The notes under the pieces were generated by a model. That model did no database searches, was not told the DNA's origin, and saw nothing but the letters and a program-made list of their open reading frames with translations. Shown in pieces: positions 30,101-47,500 of a stretch of DNA of 64,000 nucleotides. The position numbers were made by a program, and so were the translations under genes. Source of the stretch: Podarcis erhardii (lineage: Eukaryota); assembly GCA_964252035.1 (NCBI GenBank), contig OZ176205.1. One strand, given 5' to 3'. Numbering within the stretch: position 1 is the first letter of the stretch; each line of letters begins with the position of its first letter.

Positions 30101-30520
30101 AAGAGCCCTGATGATGGATCCAGGCCAGTGGTCCATCTAGTACTGTAGTCTTAACATCCTGTACCCACAGTGTCTGTGGGAAGCCGGAAAGCAGGACACC
30201 TCTGCCCACCTGCGATTCCCAGCCGCTGGTACGGTGATACCTCGGGTTACATACGCTTCAGGTTACAGACTCCACTAACCCAGAAATATTACCTCGGGTT
30301 AAGAACTTTGCTTCAGGATGAGAACAGAAATTGTGCTCCCGTGGCGCGGCAGCAGCGGGAGGCCCCATTAGCTAAAGTGGTGCTTCAGGTTAAGAACAGT
30401 TTCAGGTTAAGAACAGACCTCCGGAACGAATTAAGTACTTAACCCGAGGTACCACTGTATTTGGAGGCGCACCGAATGCTGTCAGTGGAGGTGGAATATA
30501 GCCATTGTGGCTTGATAGCT
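30092..30520 (-). mobile_element. CR1/L2-type LINE 3' end, interrupted by a MITE
   Basis: gaacgtaagaagagccctg...gtccatctag head; similar fragment at about 8165-8250. Confidence 0.55.
30232..30457. mobile_element. Tigger-like MITE nested in a LINE tail
   Basis: TA|CGGTGATACCTC...GAGGTACCACTG|TA. Confidence 0.88.
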
Positions 30521-31948
30521 TTCTCTGCCACAAGTTTGTGTTCTGAAATGTTTTGACACAAGACACCGCCTAAATCTATTCACTGTATGCTCTGTATTGA
30601 AACAACATTTCTGTTTATAAAATCATTTGTATGCTAGCCTTCTGTGCAAAGCCATCCAGTGCAGATTGCATAAAACCGTACATATACAAAATATAACAGC
30701 AGCAGTATTTGCAGTCATTTAAAAACCTAAGCTAGTTAAAAACAGTTTTAAAACATCAGTATAAATTGCTAATAGACAGAACTCTCTGCACCAAAATTAC
30801 CAATTCTAAAAGAGCAACCTTTAAGAGAAATTGGACCAAAAGATAAGTTTTTAAGGACAACATAATGTTGAGGCCATACAAATCTGCTAACCACAGATGT
30901 CAGCTGCACTTCAAACTACAAATATTGATATCGCACTTCAGGAAATGCAATACAGTCTGAGGCCAGTTGTCTTCTCTATCCAGATCAGTCAGATTCCCCA
31001 TTCAGAGCAGCTCTATCTTATCTGAATTGAGTTTCAGCTGGGTTATCATCATCCATCTCAAAATTGACTCCAGTTTCCTATTCAGAAATCATTTACATAT
31101 TTTTCATCTTATTCTCACATCAGTTTAGGTTGAGCAGTAGCTTGCCCAGCACCACCCAGTAACTTTCTTTCCGCTGTAAAAGTTCCTTAATGGCCTTGTG
31201 CAAGCTGCTGCTCAACCTAAACTGCTTCACAGTGTTGTGATAATAAGGGGACCCTCGGGCCCAGGGGCCATATGTGTCTCTCCAGGCCTCTCTACCTGGC
31301 CCACAAGACTCTTCCTAGGCCACACAGACTCCCGAGCCACACCCCTCCTTAAATATTTTTGCCTGTCTGGAATGTGCCTTTGACTTCTGATAACATTTCT
31401 TGTTTGCCTGGCTGGAGTTAAGAGAGGGATGTGTAACTTACAGTACAAACATATATCTACAGTTGCTCCCCCCACTAATGTTCTGGCCATGCTCACTACT
31501 GGCATGTGGCCCCAAACAGGTTGCCATGAAAGGAATGTGGCCAGAGGCTGACCAAGCTTCTCCACTCCTGTGGTAGAGAATGGATTTGAGCCAGTGGCTA
31601 CCTAGGCTAATAATGCAATCCTGTGCATGCCTACTCAAAAGTAAACCCCACAGAACTTTCTCTCAGGTAAATGTGTACAATATTGCAGCCCAGGTCTAAG
31701 ATCTTACACTGCTGAGCCTGTATTGGGGGGTTGGGGTTGGGGTTGGGTCCAGATCAATCATCCATGAATTCTCAGACTGAGTTTGGCCTTGTTTTGTTTA
31801 ATTTATCATCTGCCTTTCAGCCTGTGGTAAAGCCCTCTTGCTGGCTACTACATTACCAAACATGTTGGGTGTTCAGAATTTTTATTCTGTCTCTGCATTT
31901 GCTATGTGTTTCTGAAAGACATTCCCTTGGAGATCTTGGCTCTGCTAA

Positions 31949-36376
<4,428 letters not shown>

Positions 36377-36984
36377 TCAGGTGGGTGGCAGTTTCTGCTA
36401 AAGAAGTGATTGAGAAATATGAGGGCACAGTGTTGTTGAAGAAATCTCTTATTTTGAAGGACAGTGATACAAACAAGTTTTGCAAAGTAGGCGTAGGAGA
36501 CGGCGAGAGTCACAAAGCTGAGTGGCAAACTGGAGAAAATGCAGATGAATGCCTCATAAGAAGGACTTGTCAGTTTGCATCTTTAAAGCAGGCTCCTACA
36601 AAGCTCAAATAGACAAAAAGGGCTTGGCAAAAATCTTTGGAAACCTCTGACATAGGGGCTGTAGCTTCCTAATGCTAAAGTTCATGTAATAGGTGTCAGG
36701 TCTCTATAGCCTCTTTTAAAAATAGAAGTTTAAATAACATAAAAATCTACCAATCCCTTATCTGATAGGGATAAAATGCCTACAGCATGTTCCCTCTGCT
36801 CTAGCGTCATTATCCTGGGCAAACTCTACAGCTTTCTTGGTTTTTGTAGGTTTGATTCACTGGAAATTAATGCTGCATGTGGAGTTCTCCTGGGACTCTG
36901 CTTTGGCAGTCTTAAACTTTGCCCTGTTTCTGTTATAGAGCATGTAGTGGAGCAAAACTAACACGATGTATCTCTTTGTTTCAG

Positions 36985-39900
36985 CTGTCAAAAACATCTG
37001 GCCAACGTGCAGCTAGAGGGTGAATCTTAAGTCCACTGTTGCATTTCACCAGTACCCTGGTGCCAGTTCTAATTCTTTTCTGTCGGCACCGGAAGAGAAT
37101 GTCTCTGAACATCTACCTCTTTGCTCAGCTGAGCAAGCAAAGAAAGTCTCCTCTGTTGGTGGTGGATTTCCCCAGCCCCACCCCCTCTTTCTTGGATAGG
37201 TTCAAACAGAGGAACTGGTGTGTGAAACTGTAGAGACCGAATACTTGGAAAGGACCATATACCTGTTTCTGGAAGGAAAGCTGGAGAAAATTGTGATCAC
37301 ACTGTTCTGAAAAGCCTGACTCTCCACCATTTTTGGACAGGGAAATGCTAGCAGCATGCCCCTGCACTGTATATCTAAAATATTTCTATAGCACACCAAC
37401 TTATTGCACTTATTTTGACCTCTAGCCCTTGGCTTTCTTTCTAGTAAGAGATCTTGAATAACCAAGTGCCTATTTGCAAAGGCAGGACAGGCCTTAAACT
37501 TACCCTGCAAAGTTCCTAGCTGTCCCATCTTGAGCACCTGAACCTGCCTCAGACCCTTGGTCTGCCTGCTCTTGACCTGCAGTGCGTTTCCAGTGTCCTC
37601 CTTCCCTGCTCTGTTCACTGATCCTTCTTAATAGGACTTTCAGGGGATTGAATGTGGAACCTTCTACATGCAGAGCATGTGTTCTGCCATTGAGCTATAT
37701 CACCTCCCCAGTAATGCACAAGGACGTCTCTGCACCTTGCATGAAATACACATTGATCTTTAAGACCTGTGGGGAACTCCAGCAGTCATTCGCCATCCTC
37801 CAGTGTTAAATACATTTCATTTAACTCACCTTGACAATGCTGGAAGCCATTGGTGCCTCTCACCAGGCCCAGTTAACAGCCGTGGATATTAAAACTAACA
37901 TTTACTCCGATGCCGGTCATAAATCATGGCTCTGTGAGGGCTATGTAGAGAAGATTGAACTGCCCCAGCTTTCTATGCACTTCTCTCTCTCTTTTTTTTA
38001 ATTCGTTCAACACCTTTGTCAGGCACAGACTCTTTATTTTTGATCTGTGAAAAATGAACCAGGGGGAAACACACTTCATCAAGATTATATACTTTGAAAG
38101 CTCTTTCCGGGTGACTGCTGTGCAGTTAAGCTACAGGTAAAGAGCTAAGGGAACAAAAGGGGAACACAAAGGGATTTAGCCACACAGTTTGATGCTGCTT
38201 GGATAAAGAAGTAAATTGCTGTTGTGTATTCAGCCTTACGAACTTTGGAACTGGATTTTTCATGAGCCTGTGTGCCCCGTAATTCTCTGTTCAAATGAAT
38301 ATTTGCTGGGAAAAGAGCTGATTGACTAGATAACCACTATTTATTTGAAAGCCATAATATTTGATCCTGGTTCTCATGTCTTGTTCCTGTTTTGCAACTG
38401 AATATGTGAACTGCCTTGATTCCGAAGTGTTCTTGCTTGATATGATGGAAATTCGTACAAAAGTGCTGTCTGTGGTAGTTGTTTGATACATACATGTCGT
38501 TGCTAGATGTTGTGGTTATTGCATTTATAAATTCTTCCTAAGCGGGGGCCAGACTGCAGTAGAAATGGAGTACAGGACCGTAAGTCCTTTATTGGTGGTT
38601 TTATTACGTTGCCATTTTACTGTACAAGCTCTAAGTTGGAGAAATCACTGTGCAATCACAAATAGCGAGATGGTGGACACCTATTTCCTAAAATAGCTTT
38701 TCTCTTGCCTAATATGATGATGATGATGTATTGTTACAGAGATGTGCAGTATTCTGAGAGGGTGTTAATATGTCTTGCATCTAGGTAAACTGTTAATCAG
38801 GTCTCGGCCTTAAGACATCACAGAACTCCCTTTCTTAAGGGGCTGGTATCACTTAAGCAATAAAGTGGTACATTGTTTAAGTCCATTTCCTTTGTTTTTA
38901 CGGCCAGAGTTCCTATGTCCCTTTCTTTTTGCATGACATGTATAAATGTAACAGGTACATTGATGGAGGGGGCAGTATTTGTTGATTTTCTGCTCATCTT
39001 GTAGCTGTTCAGGATGTTGAACATAGGAGTACTGCCAGATAAAAGTGGCAGTCCTTGTACCACCCTTGTACCAAAGGGTGCTCATCAATGGTTCCTCTTC
39101 ATCCTGGAGAAGAGTGACTAGTGGGGTGCCACAGGGTTCTGTCTTGGGCCCGGTCTTATTCAACATCTTTATCAACGACTTGGATGATGGACTCAAGGGC
39201 ATCCTGATCAAATTTGCAGATGACACCAAACTGGGAGGGGTGGCTAACATATTGGAGAAGCCTGAAGATTAAGTGTCATTTCTGGCTGAGCTTTCTGCAT
39301 ATTAGCCAGCGTAAAAGCAGCAGTGAAGAAGATATTGGCCAGTTTTACACCCATTGTTAATCTGAGTCCAGTTGCTGCAGATGATATTCCTTCACTAGAC
39401 TAATTTTGCAATCTCTAGAGATAAAGCATTCTTCCACCTTCAGAATAATTATTATTGTTATTATTATTATGTGCCCTGATGAACACCTAATTGATTAATT
39501 GAAACTAGTGGTCAGTATTTTTTAAGGTATTTGTGGTATTGATTTTAAAAATACTACTTGAATTCTTCTGGCTCGGGGGCAGGGGTGGTACCCTGCAGAT
39601 GTTACATCTTCCCATCTTCCCTGACTAGTGGGCTGACAATTGGGACCCAGCAGCATTGCCTGCCTCTGCTCTGTGCCTTTGTAAGTGGCCAGTTTTGCCG
39701 CATGTGACTGAATTAATGGTTAGAGAAAGCACAGATATGGAGTTGAAAAGGGAAGAAAGTACCTATTTGCTGCCTGGTGAATTTGAGTTCTGGGGTGTTT
39801 AAATATAATTTTAAAATGCTCACAATGGTGCTTGCCTCTTCAGATTCTCCACCATAATACAGGGTGGTCATAAGCTACAAGAAATAATAGTAATATACAT

Positions 39901-40345
39901 GAACAAATGGCAAAGTTTGCATTAATAAGATCTATACTGATTTTACAGCTAATTGAAGAAAAGCTCCCTTGTATGTTCATGAGTTATGGGAGTGACACTC
40001 TGCCAATTTCCTTCCATTTGGATAGTAGAAAAGGTGTCTTGTCTTAATTGGTCTCTAACATAACTGATTCTGCCACTGTTTTGCTCTTGCTGACAGGCAA
40101 TCTCATTTCCTACAGCAGAATATCACAATTAATATGGGGCAGTAGATTCTGTGTGGCTGGCATGCTTCAGCTGTGATTGCACAACACTGGATGGGCTCTC
40201 TTTTTAATGAAGTATCAGAACCCAGCATTTAAACATGGCATGTCACCAAAGGACTAAAGTCAACTCTATTACTATGTAATCCATTTCTCACTCATTTTGT
40301 GTTTTAATCAAATAATGTTTGTAAATAAATTCTAAAATACATTGA
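36985..40345 (+). other. NRAS: Probable NRAS terminal 3'-UTR exon
   Basis: Donor CAG|GTgggt 4 nt after the stop; acceptor tctctttgtttcAG at 36984; candidate AATAAA at 40324-40329 (3' end uncertain). Confidence 0.5.
39072..39250 (+). mobile_element. CR1 reverse-transcriptase internal fragment
   Basis: [21 protein letters not shown]...[11 protein letters not shown]. Confidence 0.9.
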
Positions 40346-40821
40346 TATTATTCCTTGGTGTGTGTGCAATTCTTATTATCCATTTCATTTCTATACTGCT
40401 TTATATTTTTAAGGGGAAAACAAATCTCAAAGCGGTTTGCAACCTTGGGATACTAGTAGTAACTTCTAAGTGGCAAAGAAGTATGAGCCTGCTTAAAAGT
40501 CAGTGTAAATCTATAAGTAATGACGGAGTGATCTGAACTGGTCTGAACCCTATATTACTCAATCAAACCACAGCAAGCCTGCTGCTGTGTCATAGACTCT
40601 GTCTGACAGTAAGGAAATTGATTTACACTTATCTGTCTTTATCTTCACCTCCCACTTGCTTTAGACAAGTCTATCGTGGGGGAAGTCTCTAGGTTTCCTG
40701 TTCTCTCTTCAGCTTAGAGGGTTTTCCCCTTCCTAAATCATACTTTGTAGCTGGACTAGAGATTCTCCATTAGTTATACATGGGTGATGGTGGAAAGTTC
40801 CTGAGTAAAGGCTGATATGAA

Positions 40822-40945
40822 AGCTAGCATGGTGTAGTGGTCAGAATGTCAGACTGGAGGAGATCTGGGTTCAAATCCCCAGTCAGCCATTATGCTTACT
40901 TGGCCCAATTACTCAGCATAGTCTTCACAGGTTTGTGAGGCTAAG
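40822..40945 (+). mobile_element. MIR-like tRNA SINE (degenerate)
   Basis: agcatggtgtagtgg A-box, gggttcaaatccc B-box. Confidence 0.6.
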
Positions 40946-42540
40946 CCAGAGGTCCTTGAGGAGAGCAACTTGGGAAAAGGCTGGGATGTAATAAATGAAT
41001 GATTTCTCTTTTACCTTAAAGGGCATCGCTTTTCCTTAGGGAGCACCAAGCTACAATTTCTCCTATGTCCACAGACTACAGTCTGATTAGTGGGATAAGC
41101 CCATCTGGGCAAACAAGACTTCTATTGTTGGGAATTTAGAGCCTATAATCCTACCTCTGCCAAGCACTTCCACTTTCTGCTTTTGAAAGGGCCGTAGTGG
41201 ATCCAGTTTATCTTCAATGTGAATTCAAAACTTCTTTTGGGTTAGTTGTCATGGATGACAAACCCTAGCCTGCTTCTACCCTGAAGTCACATTTTTGCAC
41301 ATGAGCCAGCGGTTGCTCAGAAATGTGGATTATCTGTTCCTAGGTGAGTAATACATATACTGTATGGTATTTAGTCTTCAGATTTTAGTGATATTTGCCA
41401 CCCCTTTTCTAGGTGCCCAGGACATTGAGACCTTTAATTCCTAGACTCGCTTGCCATGTTGACTCATTTTCTGGAATTTGCAAGCTCCTCTCACAGGAGC
41501 TCGAGAGGAAAGCATAAATGCATTTTGGTGGGTACTGCAAAATGATAAGCAACAAAGCCAGAAAGGTTTTCATGAGAACATTGCTGTTTTACCTCTCTGT
41601 TGAAGAAGTTTGGTTCAGTAGAAGCAGTGTGAAGAAGCTCATTTGAAGGAGAAACACTAACCAGGAAAATGTTATGCAGGATGTGTCCTACCTGCTTTCT
41701 TTGAATCATAGTGGCTGGGTAGAACAATTACAGAACTGTACTGTTGAATTGGTACACTAAATGGGCAGAGGGTTTTTTGTGTTGTTGTTTTTGGTAACTA
41801 TAACAGCCCATCCCTTTCCTCTAAAGTAGGAATGGGAAACCTGTGGCACTCCAGATGTTGTTGAACTTGCCTCAGCCAGCATGGCCAATGCTCAGGGATC
41901 ACATAGTCAAAAACAACCTATCAAAAGCAGTTCTCATTCCTCCTCTAAAGCTGCTGCAGGTGTGTTACTCTGGGATAAATTATCAGAAAGGAGCAAGCAG
42001 AATCTACGTATGTTTACTTCTCTCTAAATACTGGAGCTGGCTGGTGGCTTTCAATGCTTGCCACGCAGAGGAAATTCAATCCCTTAGTTATCTGATATGA
42101 CCACATGCAAGTGTGACTTGGACAAGGGCTGTTGCTTCAAGAAAGAGTAGTAAGAGCTAGTCTGTGATGTGTGGACTATTTGTGCGAGTGTACAAACAGA
42201 AACAGCATTTCCCATACTTCTTCTAGAGGTCACAATTTGTTTTTATGAATTAGAACCACAGGCAGAGCACTCATGGCAATATCTGAATTAAAATGAAGTT
42301 GTGCCGCCAAGAGTGAGACCTTACATTTGAACCCTGATTGTAGAGTTGGAAGTGACTGTGAGCATCATCTAGTCCACTCCCTGCAATGCAGGAATTACTA
42401 TTGCACTGGGGAAATGTCTGTGCAGCGCACTTCTCCCATTCCTTTGCTCCCCGCTTTCTTTTTCCTAGTGTAAAATATGAAGCCTTTCTCTACATGTACC
42501 TGAGCTGACATGTCCTCAGCTGCCACCTTGTTTCACCACA

Positions 42541-42924
42541 GGACGTGGGTGGCGCTGTGGTCTAAAACCACTGAACTTCTTGGGCTTGCTGATTAGAAAG
42601 TCAGTGGTTTGAATCCCCACAATGGGGTGAGCTCCCATTGCTCTGTCCCAGCTCCTGCCAACCTAGCAGTTTGAAAGCACACTAGTGCAAGTAGATAAAT
42701 AGGTACCATTGTGGCGGGGAAAGTAAACAGCGTTTCCATGTGCTCTGGTTTCCGCCACGGTGTCCCGTTGCACCAGAAGTGGTTTAGTCATGCTGGCCAC
42801 ATGACTCAGAAAGCTGTCTGCAGACAAATGCCGGCTCCGTTGGCCTGAAGTGAGATGAGTGCCGCAACCCCATAGTCGCCTTTGACTGCACTTTACCATC
42901 CAGGGGTCCTTTACCTTTTACCTT
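42541..42924 (+). mobile_element. Sauria SINE
   Basis: Same head, body and ACCTTT tail as 35167. Confidence 0.9.
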
Positions 42925-44318
42925 ATCTTGTTTCAGAATGTTATATACACATTGGTCTCAGCAGCACCCTAGTTCTGTGCATCAACAGCAGCTTCAGCCT
43001 GAATGTCTAATGTCAAAAAGCCTGCCACATCTTGGTGTCATACGTGAAAAGAGCAGAAGCCTAAACTGCTTGGGTTAAGAATCTTGGTCTTGAAACTATT
43101 GAATTTTTGCATACACATGGATGCCAGGAGAAGTTAGGCAGTGAAACCTCCCAGCCAAAGGAGGAAAATGTACTTTTAATAAAGGCCTGCCAATGGGACA
43201 CAGCCATCATGGAGCACAAGGGTCTATCTGCTCTGCTCATATCCTCAAGTTCTCTGCTCACCCTTTTCCTTCTGACCCCAAGGAAGCTTAGCTAGTTAAT
43301 TTGATATTCTGGATAAAAGAAGGCACAAGAACTCAAAAGAGAATTAACAAGACTGTAGAGCCTGAAGGTCATTCTTGGTTTCAGATGCAAATTTAATGCC
43401 GTTGACATTCAGTGCAGAAAGATTAGAAGCAAATGCACTCTTTATAGATAGCCATAGAGGGCAGATAGTTTGCGCATTCAAAAGAGTGAGCCATTGGGCT
43501 TGGCTGTAAGGTTTGGTTATATTGATGGGGGATAAGGAATTTGGAGCGCCTGGTCAGAAGACATTGGTGACTGGAAATAGTTGTCATGGTTGTACATCAG
43601 AAGCAAAGCAGCGTTTTAGGAAGGCCACTCAAATACTTGGCCCTGTTTCGGTAGTCATAATATTCATTTCTTGTGCTATCCTTGCTTTAAAATTTGATTT
43701 TATATCCCACCATTCTAGCCCTTAGGATGACTAATACTAATTGAAGTTAGTTATAAAATACAATAACATTAAATAATGTAACATCATAAAACAGGGGTAG
43801 GTTCAGCAGGGGGTAAATGAAACAAATGTACCCCTGTTCACCACAGAAACCTGAGCATCCATTCTCAGGAAGGATTGGAGCCATATAAGGCCATACAATA
43901 ACATTTCAAAAAAGCACTAAACATATTTGGTATGTATTGGTGGATTCAATATTTCTTAGTTTTGCCATGCAATCTTGCTCTAAGGGAGCAGAGTACCCAC
44001 TGCTAGCCTGGATGGATACAGATTTTGAAGAGGCAAAAAACTGCTTGAAAGGATGCTGCAGAAAAGTTCCAGTGTTGAACATATCCCAAAGGATTGTGGT
44101 GCAAAGTCAGTGCTTATTTATTCAGTACAAATAGTTGTGCTAATCTGGTCTCCATTCATGAGTCAGTGATAGGGGCCACCTGTGACCAACTCAAAAGCAC
44201 CCAGTTCTGGCCATGATCCTGGCAACATTCTCTCATTTGTGGTGGGTGGAGCAGAGCTCCCAAATTTACTGTCCATACATCTCGGGACAAACAGAGTTAA
44301 CCCCCAAGCCTGTAGCTT

Positions 44319-44429
44319 CACCTGTTAACAACTGAGACTTTGCCTGGCTGCAGCTTTAAATAGTCTGCTGCGTATTCCTTCACTCCTTTTAGATGAGGAG
44401 AGTTGGGTTACAAGAGCAGAGATAAATAG
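44319..44429 (+). promoter_or_regulatory. AMPD1: Muscle-type AMPD1 promoter: E-boxes, MEF2-like site, TATA-like element
   Basis: CACCTG 44319, CAACTG 44329, CTTTAAATAG 44354-44363, GATAAATAG 44421-44429; ATG at 44522. Confidence 0.6.
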
Positions 44430-44521
44430 TAAAATGAGTGTTGGGTGGTTGTGCAGCTTCGTTCTTCCACTCGTCCACGCCACACTTGGTTTATCAGGAC
44501 TTTCCTGAGGTAGTAGGGAAA

Positions 44522-44543
44522 ATGCCGAAGGTGAAGGTTCCAG
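44522..44543 (+). CDS. AMPD1: AMPD1 exon 1 coding part (MPKVKVP)
   Basis: aaaATG...CCAG|GTaggt; 22 nt, the same length and phase as recalled for human MPLFKLP. Confidence 0.85.
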
Positions 44544-47500
44544 GTAGGTCTAAATTCCCACATAGCCTTAGGCAAGTTAGGAAGAAGCCTTCTTTTATGA
44601 TTAGGCTGGTGCCAAAAGCCAGACTCTCAAGAATGGATTCACAAAGCAGCTCTGATTGCCTATTTAAGTTGTGCAGGGCACAGGAGGTGGAAGGAGTGAG
44701 AGCTTGAGCCATTAGCTTTCCCAATATGAGTATTTTGGATAGACAGTCAGGCAAGTGGCTTTTAGGCCACAGAAGTGAAATTGGATGAGACCAGTCGATT
44801 CAGCAGAACCCAGTTTTGCTGTGTTAAAAAATTATCAGAGGTTGGATAAACTTATACAGGAACACCCCTAGACATTGGTGTTTGCCAGATAAAAGAGAAA
44901 TTAGCAGCAAGGTAATTAAGACATGCACCAGGCTAGTAGCCAAAGGGGGGGGGGGGCTGAATTTAGCTTCTTTTTGTCGGCTCGTAAAAGACCTGAATAA
45001 ACCCTCCTCAGAACATGTTGCCTTCCAACTCTGTGGTTCTATGCTGTTACTAGCAGAATAGCAACATGGTCCAAGGAAACTATAACAAAACTGATTAGAT
45101 TTATTGCATTTTTTGAAGCAGCAGCAGCAACTATCCACATATTAAATCTAAGCCTTTGATAAGCTTAAAAATTACATAAATAATCCTTCCAACTTGCTCT
45201 TATTTTGTTATGCTCCTAAAGGAACATTTCTTACAGCAAACAAAATGGGTTTTAAAAGTGTTTTGTCGCTTTTCTCTTTGTCCAATATTTCAAGTTGTTA
45301 TCAAAGAGTTCAGTTCTCCCCCCCCCCCATATTAGCGTACAAAGATGCTTCCCTTTTAAATAAAAAATACTGTAATAAATATCCATAGCTCATAATCAAA
45401 TATTCCTACAATGCCCATGCCACATGAACAGGTAGCCTCAGGTCTGTTGATTTTATTTGACAGAACGCGAATGGTGCAATAGTTTCCCTTTGAGTATGAC
45501 AGTTATATTTAACAAACAGACCTTGGTTCCAGTTTGTACTTTTGCATGTTTTTTAAAAAGGTGAAGTATAGGAAGTTTTGCTGCTGTATCCTTTTACTTC
45601 CTTTGAGCAAGCGAGCTGAGAAGATGAATCCTACTGGTAGACAGGCTAATAAATTGTCAGGGGAGAATGAAGAGCATGGATGGACCTGTGCTTTATAATG
45701 GTAGAAATGCTGAATAATGGCCATAGGTGCCTACTAAGAAGACCTGGACCACATTTTTGTGTTGCACTTTCAACTGATTTATCATACTAACTAAAATAAA
45801 ACTGTCAGTCTGCACCCCCTTTGGATACAGTAGTATCTTCCATGCTTGGAAACACCCCAGCTAAGGGCTTGTTCACACTTCTGCTTGACCCGTGATTTGT
45901 AGGCATGGATCTGAGCGGTTTTCCTCTTGCCTCGCTCCAGCCCCAGGGAAAACACACTCTCTAGTGCTAAATTGGAGCAAATGTCAATCTGGAGAAAACC
46001 TGAATTGCTGTTTGCTCTGATTGAGCGCTAATGAGTGGTTTTCCCTGGGGGAAAGCAGTGGAACAAAATCTAGTCTAGGCTGATTTTCTCCTTACCAAAC
46101 AACTGTTCTAAGAAGTACTACATACTAGGTTTTAGGTTTTAGAATATTTGTGTGTGGAAACTACTGGACTAAAGGATTATCTTTTCATATTATTACTTTG
46201 GCATATATGGAAGGTGGTAATCAGAGCCATGCCCCAGACCACCATATGTTCACAGTTCAGAGTTACCATTTGCAAAGAGAGTATTGCATTTGTAGGCAAA
46301 TGTTCCAAATCCTGCATACAAGAAGCTATATACCTTCAGATGTACAAGCACAGAGTCTGTGAAAACAGTATTTTTTAAATACATGGAGTCATTGAGTTCA
46401 GGCCCTCACAAGCCCCTTCCATATGCTCACTTATATCCAAATAAATTTATGGAAAGGGATATTGGTGGTGCCAATCCCAGGTTTTGAGGTAGAATTTAAA
46501 AGACTGCATCCATCATATCAGGATGTCTGGGCAAGTTGTCCCAAATTGCTTTCTTAACTGTTCTTCTTTCCCGTTGTAGAGCTGTTCAACTACTATGGTA
46601 TGTAGAGTATATATTTCTGCAAACATTTGCTCATTAAAAATGTTCATTTCTGTATATAAATGTGGACAAGGTTTAAAAAAAACTTTAGGTGCTACATCCT
46701 GTGATCTGATTACATTTATTTTATTTCACTCTCAAACAGCAGAGGAGAAACGTGAGTATAACTCGGCCTTCCTTGTGCCGCCTGCTGCTTTGTTAAGCAG
46801 TTGATCATATCCAAAAGACAAATGATCACAGCAACTCAGCAACTGTCCGTTTCTCAGCAGTCATTGCCAGGAGCTATTGATGCATCTGGGGTGAGGAAGA
46901 AAGCTTGTATGGGGCTTGGAGGAAGGAAGGGTGTCATAACTGGACCTGCATGGGGTGTGCTGTCCTCATGAGTCTGAATGATTCAGCCCTTCATCAAACC
47001 TGCCTTTCCAAGGAGCTCGGATACCTTCCTTTGAGTTGCAATACTAGGAAGGAACGCTGGAGCCCAGTTCTCTCCACCAAGTCTTTTACCTGGGCACCAA
47101 CTAAAGGCAGGACCTTGGGTGGTGTTGTGGGTAAAACCACAGAGCCTAGGACTTGCCGATCAGACGGTCGGCGGTTCGAATCCCCGCGACGGGGTGAGCT
47201 CCCATTGCTCGGTCCCTGCTCCTGCCAACCTAGCATTTCGAAAGCACGTCAAAGTGCAAGTAGATAAATAGGTACTGCTCCGGTGGGAAGGTAAACGGCA
47301 TTTCCATGCACTGCTCTGGTTCACCAGAAGTGGTTTAGTCATGCTGGCCACATGATCCGGAAGCTGTACGCCGGCTCCCTCGGCCAATAAAGTGAGATGA
47401 GCATCGCAACCCCAGAGTCGGCTACGACTAGACCTAATGGTCAGCGGTTCCTTTACCTTTACAACTAAGCTGGACCCTCAAAAGCACCCTGCTTGCTGGG

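Noticed and set aside
28949-30209. Long ORFs (194 aa, 229 aa, 136 aa and others) around the NRAS promoter
   Set aside because: GC-rich island DNA is depleted of stops; the ORFs overlap in several frames, are low-complexity and show no recognisable motifs.
37020-37128. Second NRAS 3'-UTR intron (GTGAAT...ttgctcAG)
   Set aside because: The donor is mediocre, and the interval resembles the recalled start of the human terminal exon, so it is probably exonic; RNA-seq is needed to settle it.
44434-44508. Upstream ATG as an AMPD1 N-terminal extension
   Set aside because: Out of frame with 44522, stops at 44506-44508, and probably lies upstream of the TSS implied by the TATA-like element.
45860-46075. 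Imperfect palindrome as a structured ncRNA (similar case at about 51870-51995)
   Set aside because: The arms are highly mismatched and look like old Harbinger-type MITE remnants.
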